A DNA stretch of 64,000 bases from assembly GCA_973895155.1 (NCBI GenBank), contig OZ316898.1:12113187-12177186 (forward strand). Reading direction: 5' to 3'. Shown one piece after another: positions 37,771-50,300 of the stretch. The notes beneath the pieces are model-generated. The model was given only the letters and a program-made list of their open reading frames with translations. It had not been told where the DNA came from and did not search any database. Positions within the stretch are counted from its first letter, which is position 1, and each line of letters begins with the position of its first letter. Position numbers and translations under genes: made by a program. This DNA comes from Marsupella aquatica (Eukaryota > Plantae > Marchantiophyta).

Positions 37771-39799
37771 CGTGGCCCAAATAGTGTAGCTTGTCCTAAA
37801 GCTTATAGTCCTAAAGCTTATAGTCCCAACGCGTCGGGACCAGAATGGCCTGACAGGTGGCTTGACTCTAGCAACCAACTCCCGTTTCTTGCCCCACTGA
37901 TGGTCTAGGGGCCAAGTGCCCTTGGAACTCAACCTCCATGCCTACTTGGCCTTGCCTCCTAGCGCAAGCTCCCTTGGGAGACTGAATGCGGCTTGGCTGC
38001 TATCTCGGCAGGATTTGGCAAGTGGGCAAGCTAGCTCCCGCAAACCCCAAGAACCTATGGCACCCCCCACACTTATGTCACCTGCTTATCATACGATTTA
38101 CACGACAAATACGTGAATATTTCCTCCTACTAAAATTGTTTGTTATCATATGACGGGAACATGGAGAGATGCTATTCGGATTCTATCATGTATGATGAGT
38201 ATGTTTGATTCTGCTCCCGGAAGTGTAAGTTTTGATCAAGTCTACCGACTAGCCTCTCTGCTTTTGATCAAGTTCCATGGACTACACCACACACACTCCT
38301 ACTGGTCGTTGGTGGAGTGCTGTCACCACCCCTCCTAATCACATGGTTGACCAAACCGTGCAGGGATTCCTTAGACACTTCTTGGGGGAACTAAGAACAC
38401 AATATATAGTGAATCAGAGAAGATAACGTCACACCAAAACTTGAGGAATCAAACCAAATCCATATCTTTTGGCAAAAAGTGGTAACACATTGCAAGGACA
38501 ACCTGGCCTCCTGTCGTCTGCCCAACTCCTGCCTCGCTGGGGCAAGCGCTACACCTCTACCTCACTACTCTGGCTCAATTTCCTCTTTCGCTATGAGCTA
38601 ACTTCCCTCAAACCAACACTAGACTGAGTCCCCCCCCCCTCACTACCACAGGGCTCTCCCCCTCCCTAGCCCCCATTGTTTACAAGGGGTTCCCCCCCTA
38701 GACACTAAAATTTAAAGTTTGTCTCCTTAGACCTTGCTATTGGGGTCTCAAAAAAATAAAAAGGAAATAAGGGCCTAAGGGAAATGGGGTGTCCGATTAG
38801 ACCGGCCCTAGTTTCAAGGTCCCAACATGCTTGCTTGCTGGGGAGTCGTAGGCATCCGAACTATTAGGATCTAAAAGTAAGTGGAGACCTCCGGGGCATA
38901 GCGACCGATGATGACGGATTTAACTAAAAAAACCAAAAAAACGGCTTATTTACAATGGTTATTTACATGGCACAACCCAGTAAACAATTATCGAGAATTT
39001 CTAGTGACGGGAACCCCGTCACACCCCTAGCCCCAGCTGAGCTCAAGAGGACGTATTCCTCCTTGAGAGCTTTCCAACACACCCAAGAAGTCCCCCAACA
39101 AACTTCCCGTTGGGAAGTTATCTCCGTTTCTATTTGATGTTTTCTCTTAGTGTCGCGACCGTCGCGGCTTACGACTCCGGCTTGCCCTTAGCCCCCAGGG
39201 AGACACCACTCCCCTCAGCTTTTGGAGACCTTCTAGACCCGGTCCCCAAATTTTGGCCCTTCACCTGGACCCCAACCTACATGTTTGGGCGCCCCACCAA
39301 CTGGCAATGCCCATAACTTTCTAGTTAGGCGTCCGTAAGCCGAGTGCCTTAGCCCGTTGTGATCGGGCCAACCCAGTGCTCATGCCTAGGCCCTCAAATC
39401 TCATTGCTGCCCCGGGCCCCCAATCAGCCAAACCCGGATCGGGCCATAACTCATACCCCAAGCGTCCGTTGCCCAAGGTGTCACTCCATTGGCCTTGGGC
39501 CCAAGAGGAGCACTGACTCACTCAAGCCCTCCAAATTCAAAGTCCTTCCGGGGGTCCGGATGGTGGACCTTGAGCACGGCCCTTTTCCCCTCGACCCGAC
39601 CAGCTCTCAGCTAGTCTAAGTCCTTAGTGTGTGTCACCAGTTTAGCACCTTGCCTTTGCCAGTGCCACGTCCCATTGCCTGCAAGTCTCCCCATGCTAAG
39701 TCCTCCCCGGATGGCCTATCCGGGCCTGGACCATAACGGAGATCGGCGTCGGAGTCAACGGTGTTGGAGCTAAGTGTTAAGGTAGTCGAGTTCCGCAAC
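37771..39799 (-). repeat. Right arm of the inverted repeat pair, interrupted by an LTR-like insertion
   Basis: Reverse-complement match to 33622-34993, split at GGCACCCC | TAGCCCC. Confidence 0.9.
38076..39023. mobile_element. Probable solo or truncated LTR (~950 bp)
   Basis: Absent from the paralogous arm. Termini TGTCAC...CGTCACA (TG...CA). Lies in a poly-C target, and a few extra bases at the left junction obscure the TSD. Confidence 0.6.
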
Positions 39800-40609
39800 T
39801 TTGACTATCACTAATTAGGGAGGAATCCTACAAATTCCTCCCCTTCATCATGCCAAGTTGACTTCACAGCAAGTTTGACAGCTTCAGGAAATTTAGTCCT
39901 GTCGGTAAAGCCTACTATATAGGTTAAATGAGTAATTATACACTTGAAATCTCTTTCTTTTCATGATAGTCTATGCATAACTGTATGTAGCACACATGAT
40001 GAATTTCTCTAACTCAACTATGGGATTGATATCCAAGTGACAATCTCTAAGTACATTACAAAAATTGGGAAAATCTGAGTGACTGAACCTCTGCCAATGT
40101 GACAGTCCGAACTGTGGGTAGGGAACCCTCCACATGAGTAGGACTCTACCAAGCCAAGATGTAGGTTCCATTCTCATGTTTAGTCAATGTCACTCTCATC
40201 TTTCTACTCCTTGCCATTGTCCTGCCATGAAAAGTTGGAGTGAGGTCATACTCAAATATAATCACAAAACATTTAGAAAGTTGTGGAAAAAGAGCAGCAC
40301 GTACACAAAGTCACAGAGAATCGGCCAGAAATAATCGAGCTGGAGCTTCAGATCTTCAAAAATCCCCACAACATTGAAAAATTGTGCCCAATCACCAGCA
40401 CATACAGGGCCTGAGAGCAAAATGTCCTGAACAAACTGGAACTCCAATATCGAGCACAAATCAAGCACAAAACAATGTTGTAATTACAGTTGAGGAGCAG
40501 CCAAGCAAGCACCAGCCTTCCTAATAGAAATGAGCTAGCATTGGCAGCAGCAAGAACAAAGCCAACAGTAGCAAGCACAAGAGCAGTAGGTGCAAGCACA
40601 AATAAATCG

Positions 40610-41030
40610 TGCACAAAATGAAGCAGCTATGGCAGCAGTGAGTTGCAACAAAATGAGCTAAGGCAGCAATGAGTTGCAGAAAAATGAGCTAAGGCAGCAG
40701 CGAGGTGCAACTAAATGAGCTAAGGTAGCAGCCAGGTGCAGCAAAATGAGCTATATATGGCAGCAGCGTTCCTCGCAACAAAGCCGAGTATGAAGTGTGT
40801 TCCTCCTAGCAGCAGCATCCTCCAAAACACAGAAGAGTTGGCAATAGCAACTCCAACAACATAAAATGCAGAAGAGCTTGCAACAACGACCTCCAATCCA
40901 GCAACACAACAATGCACAAGAGCTTGCAGCGGTGAGCTCCAATCCAATAGCACAAACGCACAAGAGTTTGTAGCGGCGATCTCCAATCTAGTAACACAAA
41001 AATGTAAAAGACCTTGAAGTAGCGAGCTCC
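40610..41030. repeat. Degenerate tandem repeats (~29-bp AAAATGAGCTAAGGCAGCA units, then GAGCTTGCAGC..CTCCAATCC units)
   Basis: Visible periodic units. Confidence 0.7.
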
Positions 41031-41419
41031 AACATAAACTGATAGCATATTAAACATTCATCTTTGCAGCAATGTTCCTCCGAGTAGCAGCGTCCCTCCC
41101 TTGTAGCCCCCGATCAAGCTAGCTATGGCGCCTTCCTTTGAGTATAAGCAAAACACAAGCAATCACGAGCAAAGGGGACCGAGCTCCAACCTCTGGCTAT
41201 GGCAGCTGCGTGTGCTGCAAGGGAGGGAGGCACAATTGAGAGCATAGGAAAGGCACGTTAGGACAGGGGCATAAGCAAGGGCTACAGGCCCTGGAAGGAC
41301 CAGATTTGCAGGCCCTGCCAACTTTGGGCGACATGGGGCAATGCGGGTGACAGTCTTTCTAGGGCAGACTAAGGAGCTTCTAGGCAAGGCTTGGGGTCCC
41401 TTATATACCGTGAGTTGTG

Positions 41420-41550
41420 GTTTAATCCAAATTTTGGAATATTACAACTTTATAAAGGTTGACTTTTTTTGGAAATCTATATTTTAGGGGGTCCAATAAA
41501 AACATTGCAAGTGATGGGGAGGCCTCCATATATATAGTGACACCCCCGAG
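41420..41550 (-). mobile_element. Truncated MITE copy
   Basis: One end AGTGACACCCCCGAG plus internal homology. The other TIR is missing. Confidence 0.7.
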
Positions 41551-41788
41551 AAGTAGTTCCAGCTGGGACAGATAGCAAAGAAATGCAAGGGTAATTAGTG
41601 ATCAAGAAAGCTCTAAAGTTTGCCAATCTGTGCACACTCAGATAACAATCAATCAGCTATACCATTTTTTGCTTGTCCACCACTCGGTCTGCTCCTTGCA
41701 CACCTTCACATACCAGGGGTGCAAAATCCACCCAAGCCTTTGAAGTCTTGAAGTTGCTCCAATGATTTTGAGATTGTGTCAGCATCCA

Positions 41789-42019
41789 CTCGGGGGTTCA
41801 CTATATGGATGGCCATACATTACTTGCAACAGTTTGGGTCATTTATGATCCCCCTAAGTCATTAGACACTAATCACGTGATGACACATATGCATTTTGCA
41901 ATTAAAAAATCATATGTTTCCATTGAAGACTTAATAAGTCTTCCGCTAAGAACATTTAAATGGCCCTATACTTTGTCCCATGTGATATATGTCACTTTGT
42001 TGAAAGTGACCCCCCCGAG
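41789..42019 (+). mobile_element. MITE, subfamily of 5405-5743 (internally shorter)
   Basis: CTCGGGGGTTCACT / AGTGACCCCCCCGAG. Perfect TSD AGCATCCA (41781-41788, 42020-42027). Confidence 0.88.
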
Positions 42020-43017
42020 AGCATCCATCCCAAGTGCCTAACTAGGATTAGTAGTGGTTTTGCAACTTGGCACAACAATTTTTGTTTTGCCACAAAAAAT
42101 TAGTTGCATAATTGGCAACATATGTCCGCTTGCTATTACAGTTGGGACACAAGTGATGGACCGCTTGTTGTCCCTTCTTGTGACATAAACCTCTTAACTA
42201 AGTGTCCTTTTGAATGTGCTCCTCTCATTGAGTACTATGTCCCCTCCCTTGCACATGGGACTAGTGATATGCATGTTTTGAAATAATATATTTTCACAAC
42301 CAACTCAGATGGGATGTTATGTGCCTTCACTAGGTCCACTAACCTCAAAGCTAGAGTATTTCCTTGCTCCTTCAATCTAGTCTAAAGGAAGCTTTAATTG
42401 ATCATGCATTGGTAGTACTAGCTTTTAATGTTGTCCAATTCATGAGCTTACACAAATACCTTGTCACATAGGTTTTGTTGCAAGCAAAAGGACCTCCATT
42501 CTTGAGCAATACTTTAATTAATTGGGTGCCTTGGCCTTGGGGAATTATTAGAATGGGGTGCAAACAAATGAAGGTTGTTTTGAATCTTGTTTTTGACTAA
42601 TAATTATAATCTGAAAAGACTATACTAAAGGCATTTTACAAAATTCAATTTTTGTAAAAATATTAATTTATATATTTAGCAAGGTATTTCAGAATTTGTC
42701 AAAGTTGTATAATAAAGACTACAAGGGTTTTTTAATTAAATTTATTTTTCAAATTTCATTGGTTTGTTCTCACGTGTTTAGAGGTTTTACTCTAAGTGAT
42801 TCCCCAATGTGCCTTGGACATGAGAAACCCCTTCAACAAAATCTGGGTTGTGATAGAATTCACAACTTACCTCTACGTTCTCATATAGATGCCTTGAAAC
42901 AGCCACCCAATCATACTCTAAGTAACTCCTCCTTCCCTTCCAAAGACTCACCCAATGTCCAAGCTGAATTGAACGATCATTGGTGGGTGCCCCACTTGTG
43001 TGCCCGCTTGTGTGAAT

Positions 43018-43315
43018 CTTGGGGGTCTCACTATATTGAGGGCTCTCCATCACCTCCAACGTTTCTAGGCCTCAGACCCCCTAAAATGGAAAAAATTAAT
43101 TATTTTCCAACCCCTATAAAGTTAGATTATTCTTGGAATATTCCACAAATTTTATTAAAAATACCTTAATGTTTTTATAAGTCTCAAAATTGCATTTAAA
43201 GAACCAAATAATTGTTCTTCTGAGAAAATTCTTAAGTGTTTTCTAAGAACCAATAAAATGACCCTACTCTTCATCGCATGTGATGCCCAACGTGATTGAA
43301 AGTGAAAACCCCAAG
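43018..43315 (+). mobile_element. MITE (CTCGGGGGT family), older copy
   Basis: CTTGGGGGTCTCACT / AGTGAAAACCCCAAG. TSD GTGTGAAT / GCATGAAT. Confidence 0.85.
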
Positions 43316-43724
43316 GCATGAATTGCATAAATAGCAAGCCTCATGTTGGTTTTGAATGTCCTCCTGCCAACTAAAATCATCCTCTCAAGGTGAGCTCTCA
43401 TTCAACCTGTCAAACAAACCAGGCCCTATTGCAGTCAAATGATGTCTCCCACATTGGTGATGAATCATGGCTGTTGGACTGTACTTGCATTGCTTCAAAG
43501 CATTGTCAATGTGTGGCCAATACTCACAGGTAAACCAAATAGTAAACCAGGCTGCACCTCTTCTTGGACAATGAATTTGCAGAGGATTTGTTGGAGGCCC
43601 CCACTAGACTTCCCTATGTTGGCTCCATTTCTTCTAGAACAGGCAACACAATTTATTGCCTTTCGAGGCCTGCCAACTTATCTTTTTGCCAACTCTTGTG
43701 CAGCAACAAGCTTGGCTCGTAGTA

Positions 43725-46700
43725 CTTTTTTTTCTCTAGAACTTTTTAGCAACTTTTCAAGTAAAACCCGCAAAAACCCACGGGAAGGAGGGCCAAAGCA
43801 GCCAATACAACAGCCAAAAATACCAAGCAACCAGAACCAAAGTCCCAGTGAACAGAGGTAGGCGGCACAGACACATGTGAGTTTAAAAAGAGACCGAACC
43901 TAAAGCGTGACAGTCGGACACCTGAAAGCCAGGGGAGACCCCGGGCCACCGACCTGCCCGCAGTGTAAGGCCGCAAACAGCTATAGAGCCGCCCTCTATA
44001 AGGTGCTCCGTTAAAAGCAAAAACTGTAGTAAAATAGCCAGTTCTAAGGAGCCAAAGCTCACCTCAAATCCTAAAAGCGCCCTGTAAATCAGATCACCTC
44101 ACCATGTCACAAATGCATCCTTCCTTCCTATCCACCGCCTCCTCTCAGTGATCATCACATCCTTGGCAAGGAGTAGCCGCGAGTGCTTGCGGCTAGGGCC
44201 AAAAGTGTCGCACAGCCCATGAGTGTTATCAGCCATTTCAGATAGGACTAGGTTTAAGTTGAAAGACCTGCTTTTAAGGGGGTTGAAAAGCTGGTCATTT
44301 TGAGCATTCCAGAGTGCCCACAGGACCTGATACACAGTGAATGCCACGATAGTGTTCGTGTGACGGGGTCCTTTGAAAGATCCAAGCAGCACTAGAATGT
44401 CTGCTAGAGGCCAAAGGATAGAACTAGGGAAAGTCTGGAACACCAAACTCCAGCATTTATGAGCAAATTGGCACTCAAAGAAGAGGTGAGGGATAGACTC
44501 CAGTTCAGTAGAGCAAATTTGACACATACCATTGCTCTTTCCAATTCTAAGGGCCCTAGTGCCTGTGAAAAGTCCTTGCGCAAGTACTCTCCAGACAAAG
44601 GTGCGGGATTTCAGAGGGAGATCTGAAGTCCAGAGTGACAGCCAAAGGCTGTTCCAGCCCAACTCCGATAAAGTTGTATGCCAGATCCGATTGAGGCGAC
44701 GGTAGCTTGATCCTTTTGGGCGGAGCAGCTGATACATACGAACATTAGGTAAAGTGAATTGCCTTAGCTCCGTTGAAATCCTCTTCATTAGCCGGTATAA
44801 ACATGCCCAGATCATCTGCAAAAAGCCTGTAGCAGATCATGAGGAAATCAGAGATCTGTACCCCCTTGAATTTCCCAGTCGCAATTTTGGAGTCCAGGTG
44901 GTCCATCAATGGCTGAGTCGCAAGAACAAAGAGTAATGGAGATAAAGGGCAACCTTGATGTACTCCTCTCCTCATCTTAATGTTCTTAGAGAAAAGGCCA
45001 TTGATATGCACTTGAGACCAGTCGCCGCTAATGAGTGATCGAACCAAGCTAATGAAGTGCGGGCCAAGACCGAGAAGGAGAAGAGTCTCCCAGATATAAG
45101 AGTGAGAAACCCGGTCGAATGCTTTCTCAAAATCCAGTTGGAGGAATAGTGACTCCTGCTTCTGCTTAGTTACCCAGTCCACCGTTAGCCATGCAATGGA
45201 GATGTTCTAAAGTATATGCCGGCCAGGTATGAAGCCCGTTTGTTGCAGACTGATAAGCTGTTTCAGAAGGGGTTTTAGTCGAAGAGCTAAAACCTTTGCG
45301 ATTAGTTTGTATACCGTATTGAGCATTGTGAGCGGCCTCCAGTCTTTCAATCTGCGTTTGTCTGGGTTCTTTGGGATGAGCTTGATAATGCCTTCTTTGA
45401 TGTGTGGTGCCAAGACCCCGGTCCGCCAGAAGGCCAAAATCATGTGCATCAAGTCCTCCTTGATGAAATCCTAGCATGAGCAAAAGACCTCAGCCGTCAG
45501 TCCATCTGGGCCAGGTGCTTTATCTAAAGGAAGCAACCATAATGTGGTTCGGATTTCATCTAAAGTCGGGGGCTTTTCAAGTTTGTGAATCTCAGCCGCC
45601 ATCAGAGCCTTACTAGTATTCCAAAAGAGGATGCGTCTGGCTTCTCTCACCGCCGTGGATTCACTGCTAGCCACCTTGTCATCAGCTTCATAGAGATCAA
45701 CGAATTGATGTTCCACCTCTTCGAGTATCCTGTTTTCCTGTGTGATAATTGTACCGTTCTCCAGAAGCAGTGAGGCCATATTTTCCCTACTCCGTTTAGC
45801 TTTGATGCTGGCGAAATAAAATTTAGACGGCTCATCACCCTGTCCGAGCCACCTGAGTCTTGAGAGCCGTCGGCCATGCTATGCCTCTTTGTGTTCCGCA
45901 CGGGGTTCCGCAGTTCTCATCTCTTCTTCCGCCGTGGCATAGTCTCGGAGATCCGCTTCTGAGTACTCATTGATCAATGCTAACTTAAGGGCCCAAAGTT
46001 TCTCTCTGAGGCCCCGTGTTGAGGCTTCTTGTGTAGCAGTTATAGAGCCTTGTAATTCCAAATATCTCTTACGAAGTCGCGTGATGGCTAGATGGAAATG
46101 CAAATGCGGATTGTCCTGTATCCTCTTGCCTCCCCTCCACGCGTTCTTGAGTTCCTCCACAAAATTTGCCTCCTTCAGTAGACCTGAGTTGGCTTTGAAG
46201 TATGTTGCTTTTCTGCTATTGTTGTTGCTTACTGGCAAGGCGAGTCTGAATTGTAGTAATATCGGGTCGTGATCAGACAACGCTGAACCCCCGTCATGAA
46301 TCAGCTTCTCCACCTCACCAGCCCACCAGCTCTGGCCACTAAAGTAAAATCTATCAAGCCGCAATTGAACCAATTTTCCGTTGATAGTCCGTCTCCAAGT
46401 AAATCTAGACCCCTGAGTATTGGAGGCCAAAGACATAGCGTCCAAAAAGTCAAATCGAGTTTTTAAGAATCTCCAGTATTCTGCTTCATGACCATGTATC
46501 AGAGGAGAAGGACCGGAAGAGTCGCGTTGTCCCTCCGTCATGTTGAAGTCTCCGCAGGCAATCCAGTTTTCTTGAGGCAGAGAAGACTTAAGTTCGTTCC
46601 AGAGTAGAGCCTGTTCCCTAGGTATGTTAGGCGCGTATATGCTCACAATACCAAAGCGATCTTTCGGATGTTCCACTCGCGACCATACAGCTCTCCCTTT

Positions 46701-47340
46701 ATCCACACTCCCATGGTCAATCAATTGGAGCAAAGGATGTAATAGCAGAGCTGAGCCCCCCCCGGCCTTCATCAGGCGCCGAAGCTAAGTGCTGGTAGGA
46801 TGGTAGAATTGTTTTCAGAGCAATATCTAATCTAAATTTGTCAGCCTTGACTTCTTGTAAGCCAAGAGCTAGTATAGTCGTGCGCAACGATGATATCCAG
46901 TTCTTGACAACATGCTTTCTGTTAGTGTCACAAAGTCCACACACGTTCCAAGATGCAATGGTCAGCAGCGAACCCATCCCTGCCAGGCTCCGGCTTTCCC
47001 GATCCGTCAAAGACTCCTCGTGGTCTTACTGCAAGAGAGGGCCTCGGTTGCCAAGGGATGCACGAGAGGCTGGAGACTTCGTTAAATGTGTCTGTCTTGG
47101 GCTCCGCTCTCCACGTTGTCATGATTATAGAATAGAACCATTGCCTGCCCAGAGTTTTCTTGTACCAATGTTCGATCAGTGGACGGAGAGGGGGCAGCGG
47201 AGGCCTCGCCAGGAAATTGGAGCGCGCGGCCTTTTTTGTGTTCTTGTTTCTTTTCCCTCCTTTTCAGATCCGACGGTGGTGTTCTGAGTTCCAATTTGCG
47301 ATTGGCTCGTAGTACTTTGGATCGCAACTCTGTCTCAACC
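43725..47340 (-). mobile_element. Decayed L1-clade LINE (ORF2: APE endonuclease - RT - zf-RVT) with an internal deletion
   Basis: ASWNVCGL, LQEVK, SIYAPN, GDFN, LDRFY, SDHDPI (EN). KAPGPDG, DFEKAFDRV, GVHQGCPLSPLLF, FADDL (RT). CQIC..ESIPHLFFEC (zf-RVT). A-rich tail ~43725-43760 on the minus strand. Frameshifts and stops. 5' boundary approximate. Confidence 0.95.
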
Positions 47341-50300
47341 AATGTTGTTGCTCTCTCTCCATGCTTGACATGTACTCATCCAATGAAATGAACGCAAACT
47401 CAAGAGAAGAAGCATGGTTCAGAACTTGGAGTCTTCACTATCGCACCCCTCCAGGTCAATAATCAATGGTGGTTGGGGCACATCTTTAGAAAGAGGTGGA
47501 TCCTCAGTCAATCTCCCCCAATGACACAAGTGCTTGCAATGCTCCTCAACAACAAGTCGCTCCACCTGAAGAGGGTTTGTACAAGTTCTGTATTGCAAGA
47601 ATGTTGGCCTACAACCCATAGAGGCATGACTTTGTGGTAGCTTTGAACTTGAGTCTTGGGTTCAACTATTGTGGCTGACTCTTCCTTTTCTGTGGGGTTT
47701 CACAGATTTTTTTAAATAATAATAATAAATACTTTACACCAAGAATGTTGGCCTACAGCGACCTGAATTCTCTCTGGGCTTGGACACAACTCAGTTCTTT
47801 GATAGGTCCTCTGTTGATAGGGTCCACTCAAAAAGTCAATGAGAAATTGATGGAATGCCCTCTCAGAATCCTCACTGATATTGTCGGGAACACTACACTC
47901 AGTCTTAGAGGAAAAGACCTCTATAGTTCCTGCCCCGGTCGCTTGAGAGAGGACCTGATTACTTCCCTGGCTTCTAGAGTGCACCTCAGACGGCCCACCG
48001 ACCTGCCGATTGGGCCCATTGAGCTTCAGGCACTGGACGAGGGTGAGAGCTTGGGCTTCAAGCAATTGCACCTCTTGCACTTCTCCCGAATGGCAAAGTC
48101 TAATCCAATATTCAGAGACCTACTCACTCATTTGCATATACACCAGAATTGTGCCCAATCAGGATTCTTCCTCTCAAACAAACAACCGGGACAAGTACAT
48201 GAACCAACAATATTGGATTGACCACAATATTATTGGATGCACACATCAAACAACGGGCGGAGAGGCTACTAAAAAGGCTGAAGTTGTTGTCACATACAAC
48301 AAACACTAGATAGATAGAGCAAAAGCTCTAAAGTTCCAACTACAACATGACCAGCGGTATACAATTCTTGGGAAATTGACCACACTCAACTGTCAAGAGA
48401 GCACAAACATAACAACAGTGCCCACCCACTTCGAGCAATTTCTACAATGCGTAGATATATCAAAATTGTAAGTCACCACAACCACTACTTATACAAAATG
48501 TTGTGCAAATACACATTGTCATACAACACCGAGATACAACATACAAGTGTATCACAACTTGAAATCCGTGAAAGACATACTATCATAAAACACATATAGA
48601 ACACAAACAGTCAAGCCAAACCCACTCCACGATGGAGAATCCAAGTCGATTCAAAGCTAATGGGACACCATAGCCAAAGAGCTCCCCCTCACTACCAAGG
48701 CTCTCCCAACGCCAAAGGCTCAACTCAAAGAACTAATGTTCTTTGAGCCCTCCCCACACTATACCCTCCAACCCAAGGGCTGGTCCTACTAGAGGGGTCA
48801 CCCTCAATAAGGCACCCCTCCAACCCTATGCATGGAACCAATTCCTATCTAGGCACTATGGCCGTACATAATGTATGGCCTCTACTAGCACACTACCTAC
48901 TACAACCATACACATACATATGATCATGACAAAAACCAGTTATATATAACAAATCCATCCAAGGTTTGAGACATTACTTACTCTGGCTTCATTTCCTCTC
49001 CATCTTGCAGCCCTTCCCTCCATAGTTGCTAATTCAATTAGAAATCCCCCCATGTGTGCATTGAATCCAAATTCGGCACTCAATCAGTGGAGAGCAGTCA
49101 ACATTCACTTAATTATGAAAAAGAGCTGCACTTGAAGAACTTGAAAGAGAACGTGAAAGAAATACAGCTACTGGCCTCCTGCTTGTTGAATTCATGTAGA
49201 ATGCAGATGCCTTGTCCAAAAGTTACGCAGTTTGGAAGATGCCTGTAATTATGTACAACAAGAAAGATTGTACACTACATTCAATGTACCTAGCAAGAAT
49301 ACTTCAATGGAGCTACGAATCAAAGATGCAAACACTTATGGGACATCAAAATGCACACTTAAGGGCTGGATACGGTACCGAACGGATGATTCTATGGAGC
49401 TCTTCAATTCCAAATTAAACCGATTCACATTGATGATTGAATGAGCTGACACTCTGCTGAAGGACAACTACATGCGTGTTGCCCTTCAGAAAAATCGGCC
49501 TTGGCACTCGTGAAACCTTGCATTTACAATTGGTGCCCAAACAAATCAGAGGCTGGCTGCAACACCAAATCCCGTCACTCATGAACAATAGTAAGAAACC
49601 CTATCGACGGGTCAATCCACAAATTCTCCCAGAAAACGATTGCTGCCGCACACACAACATTCCTCATTGCCTCCACCGCAAACAGTCAGTGAAACCCAGA
49701 TGGCGCCGCAAACAGAGGGTTTAGGGCAGGCTCATGCAAAAACACTGATATATTAATACTGAAATCAGTGACGGCCGGAAAACATCTACAGCAGGATTGT
49801 GGCAGGTGGAACCAACCTTAAATTAATGTGTTGCTATTAATGACTGCAAATGTAATGACGACTACCGTGCAACATGAGAGGGCTGGCTAGAAATTCCCCT
49901 CATGGTCATCTCATGGACTTATTCTGTTCTCCACAAAGACACACTTCCCACAACAAATAAAAACAATTTCTGACATGCAACCATTGGTTCCATAATGACA
50001 CCCCGACCACAACAATGACAACTGTGCAAGGCATGACCTTTGGGCTGAGATATAATATAGGTTACAATCCAAATTTACCAATCATGACCTGCTCCATAGT
50101 GTGAGGCCATAAGCTATCAATTGGCTCACAACAGACCATTTTGACATTTAGATTATGCATGTGAGTAGCGACGGGCATGGGAGACTGAGTAGGGGCAACC
50201 CTTCCTGTGCATAGACATGATTGGGTATTTGGGCCAGTTGCACATAGTATTCCTGAATAGGGTTTATCTAGAGGTAACATTTTCTGGCCATATATCATTG

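Noticed and set aside
39001-39023. Helitron 3' end (hairpin GTGACGGG-AAC-CCCGTCAC next to CTAG)
   Set aside because: Spacing and orientation relative to the insertion are wrong. It fits better as a TG...CA LTR terminus.
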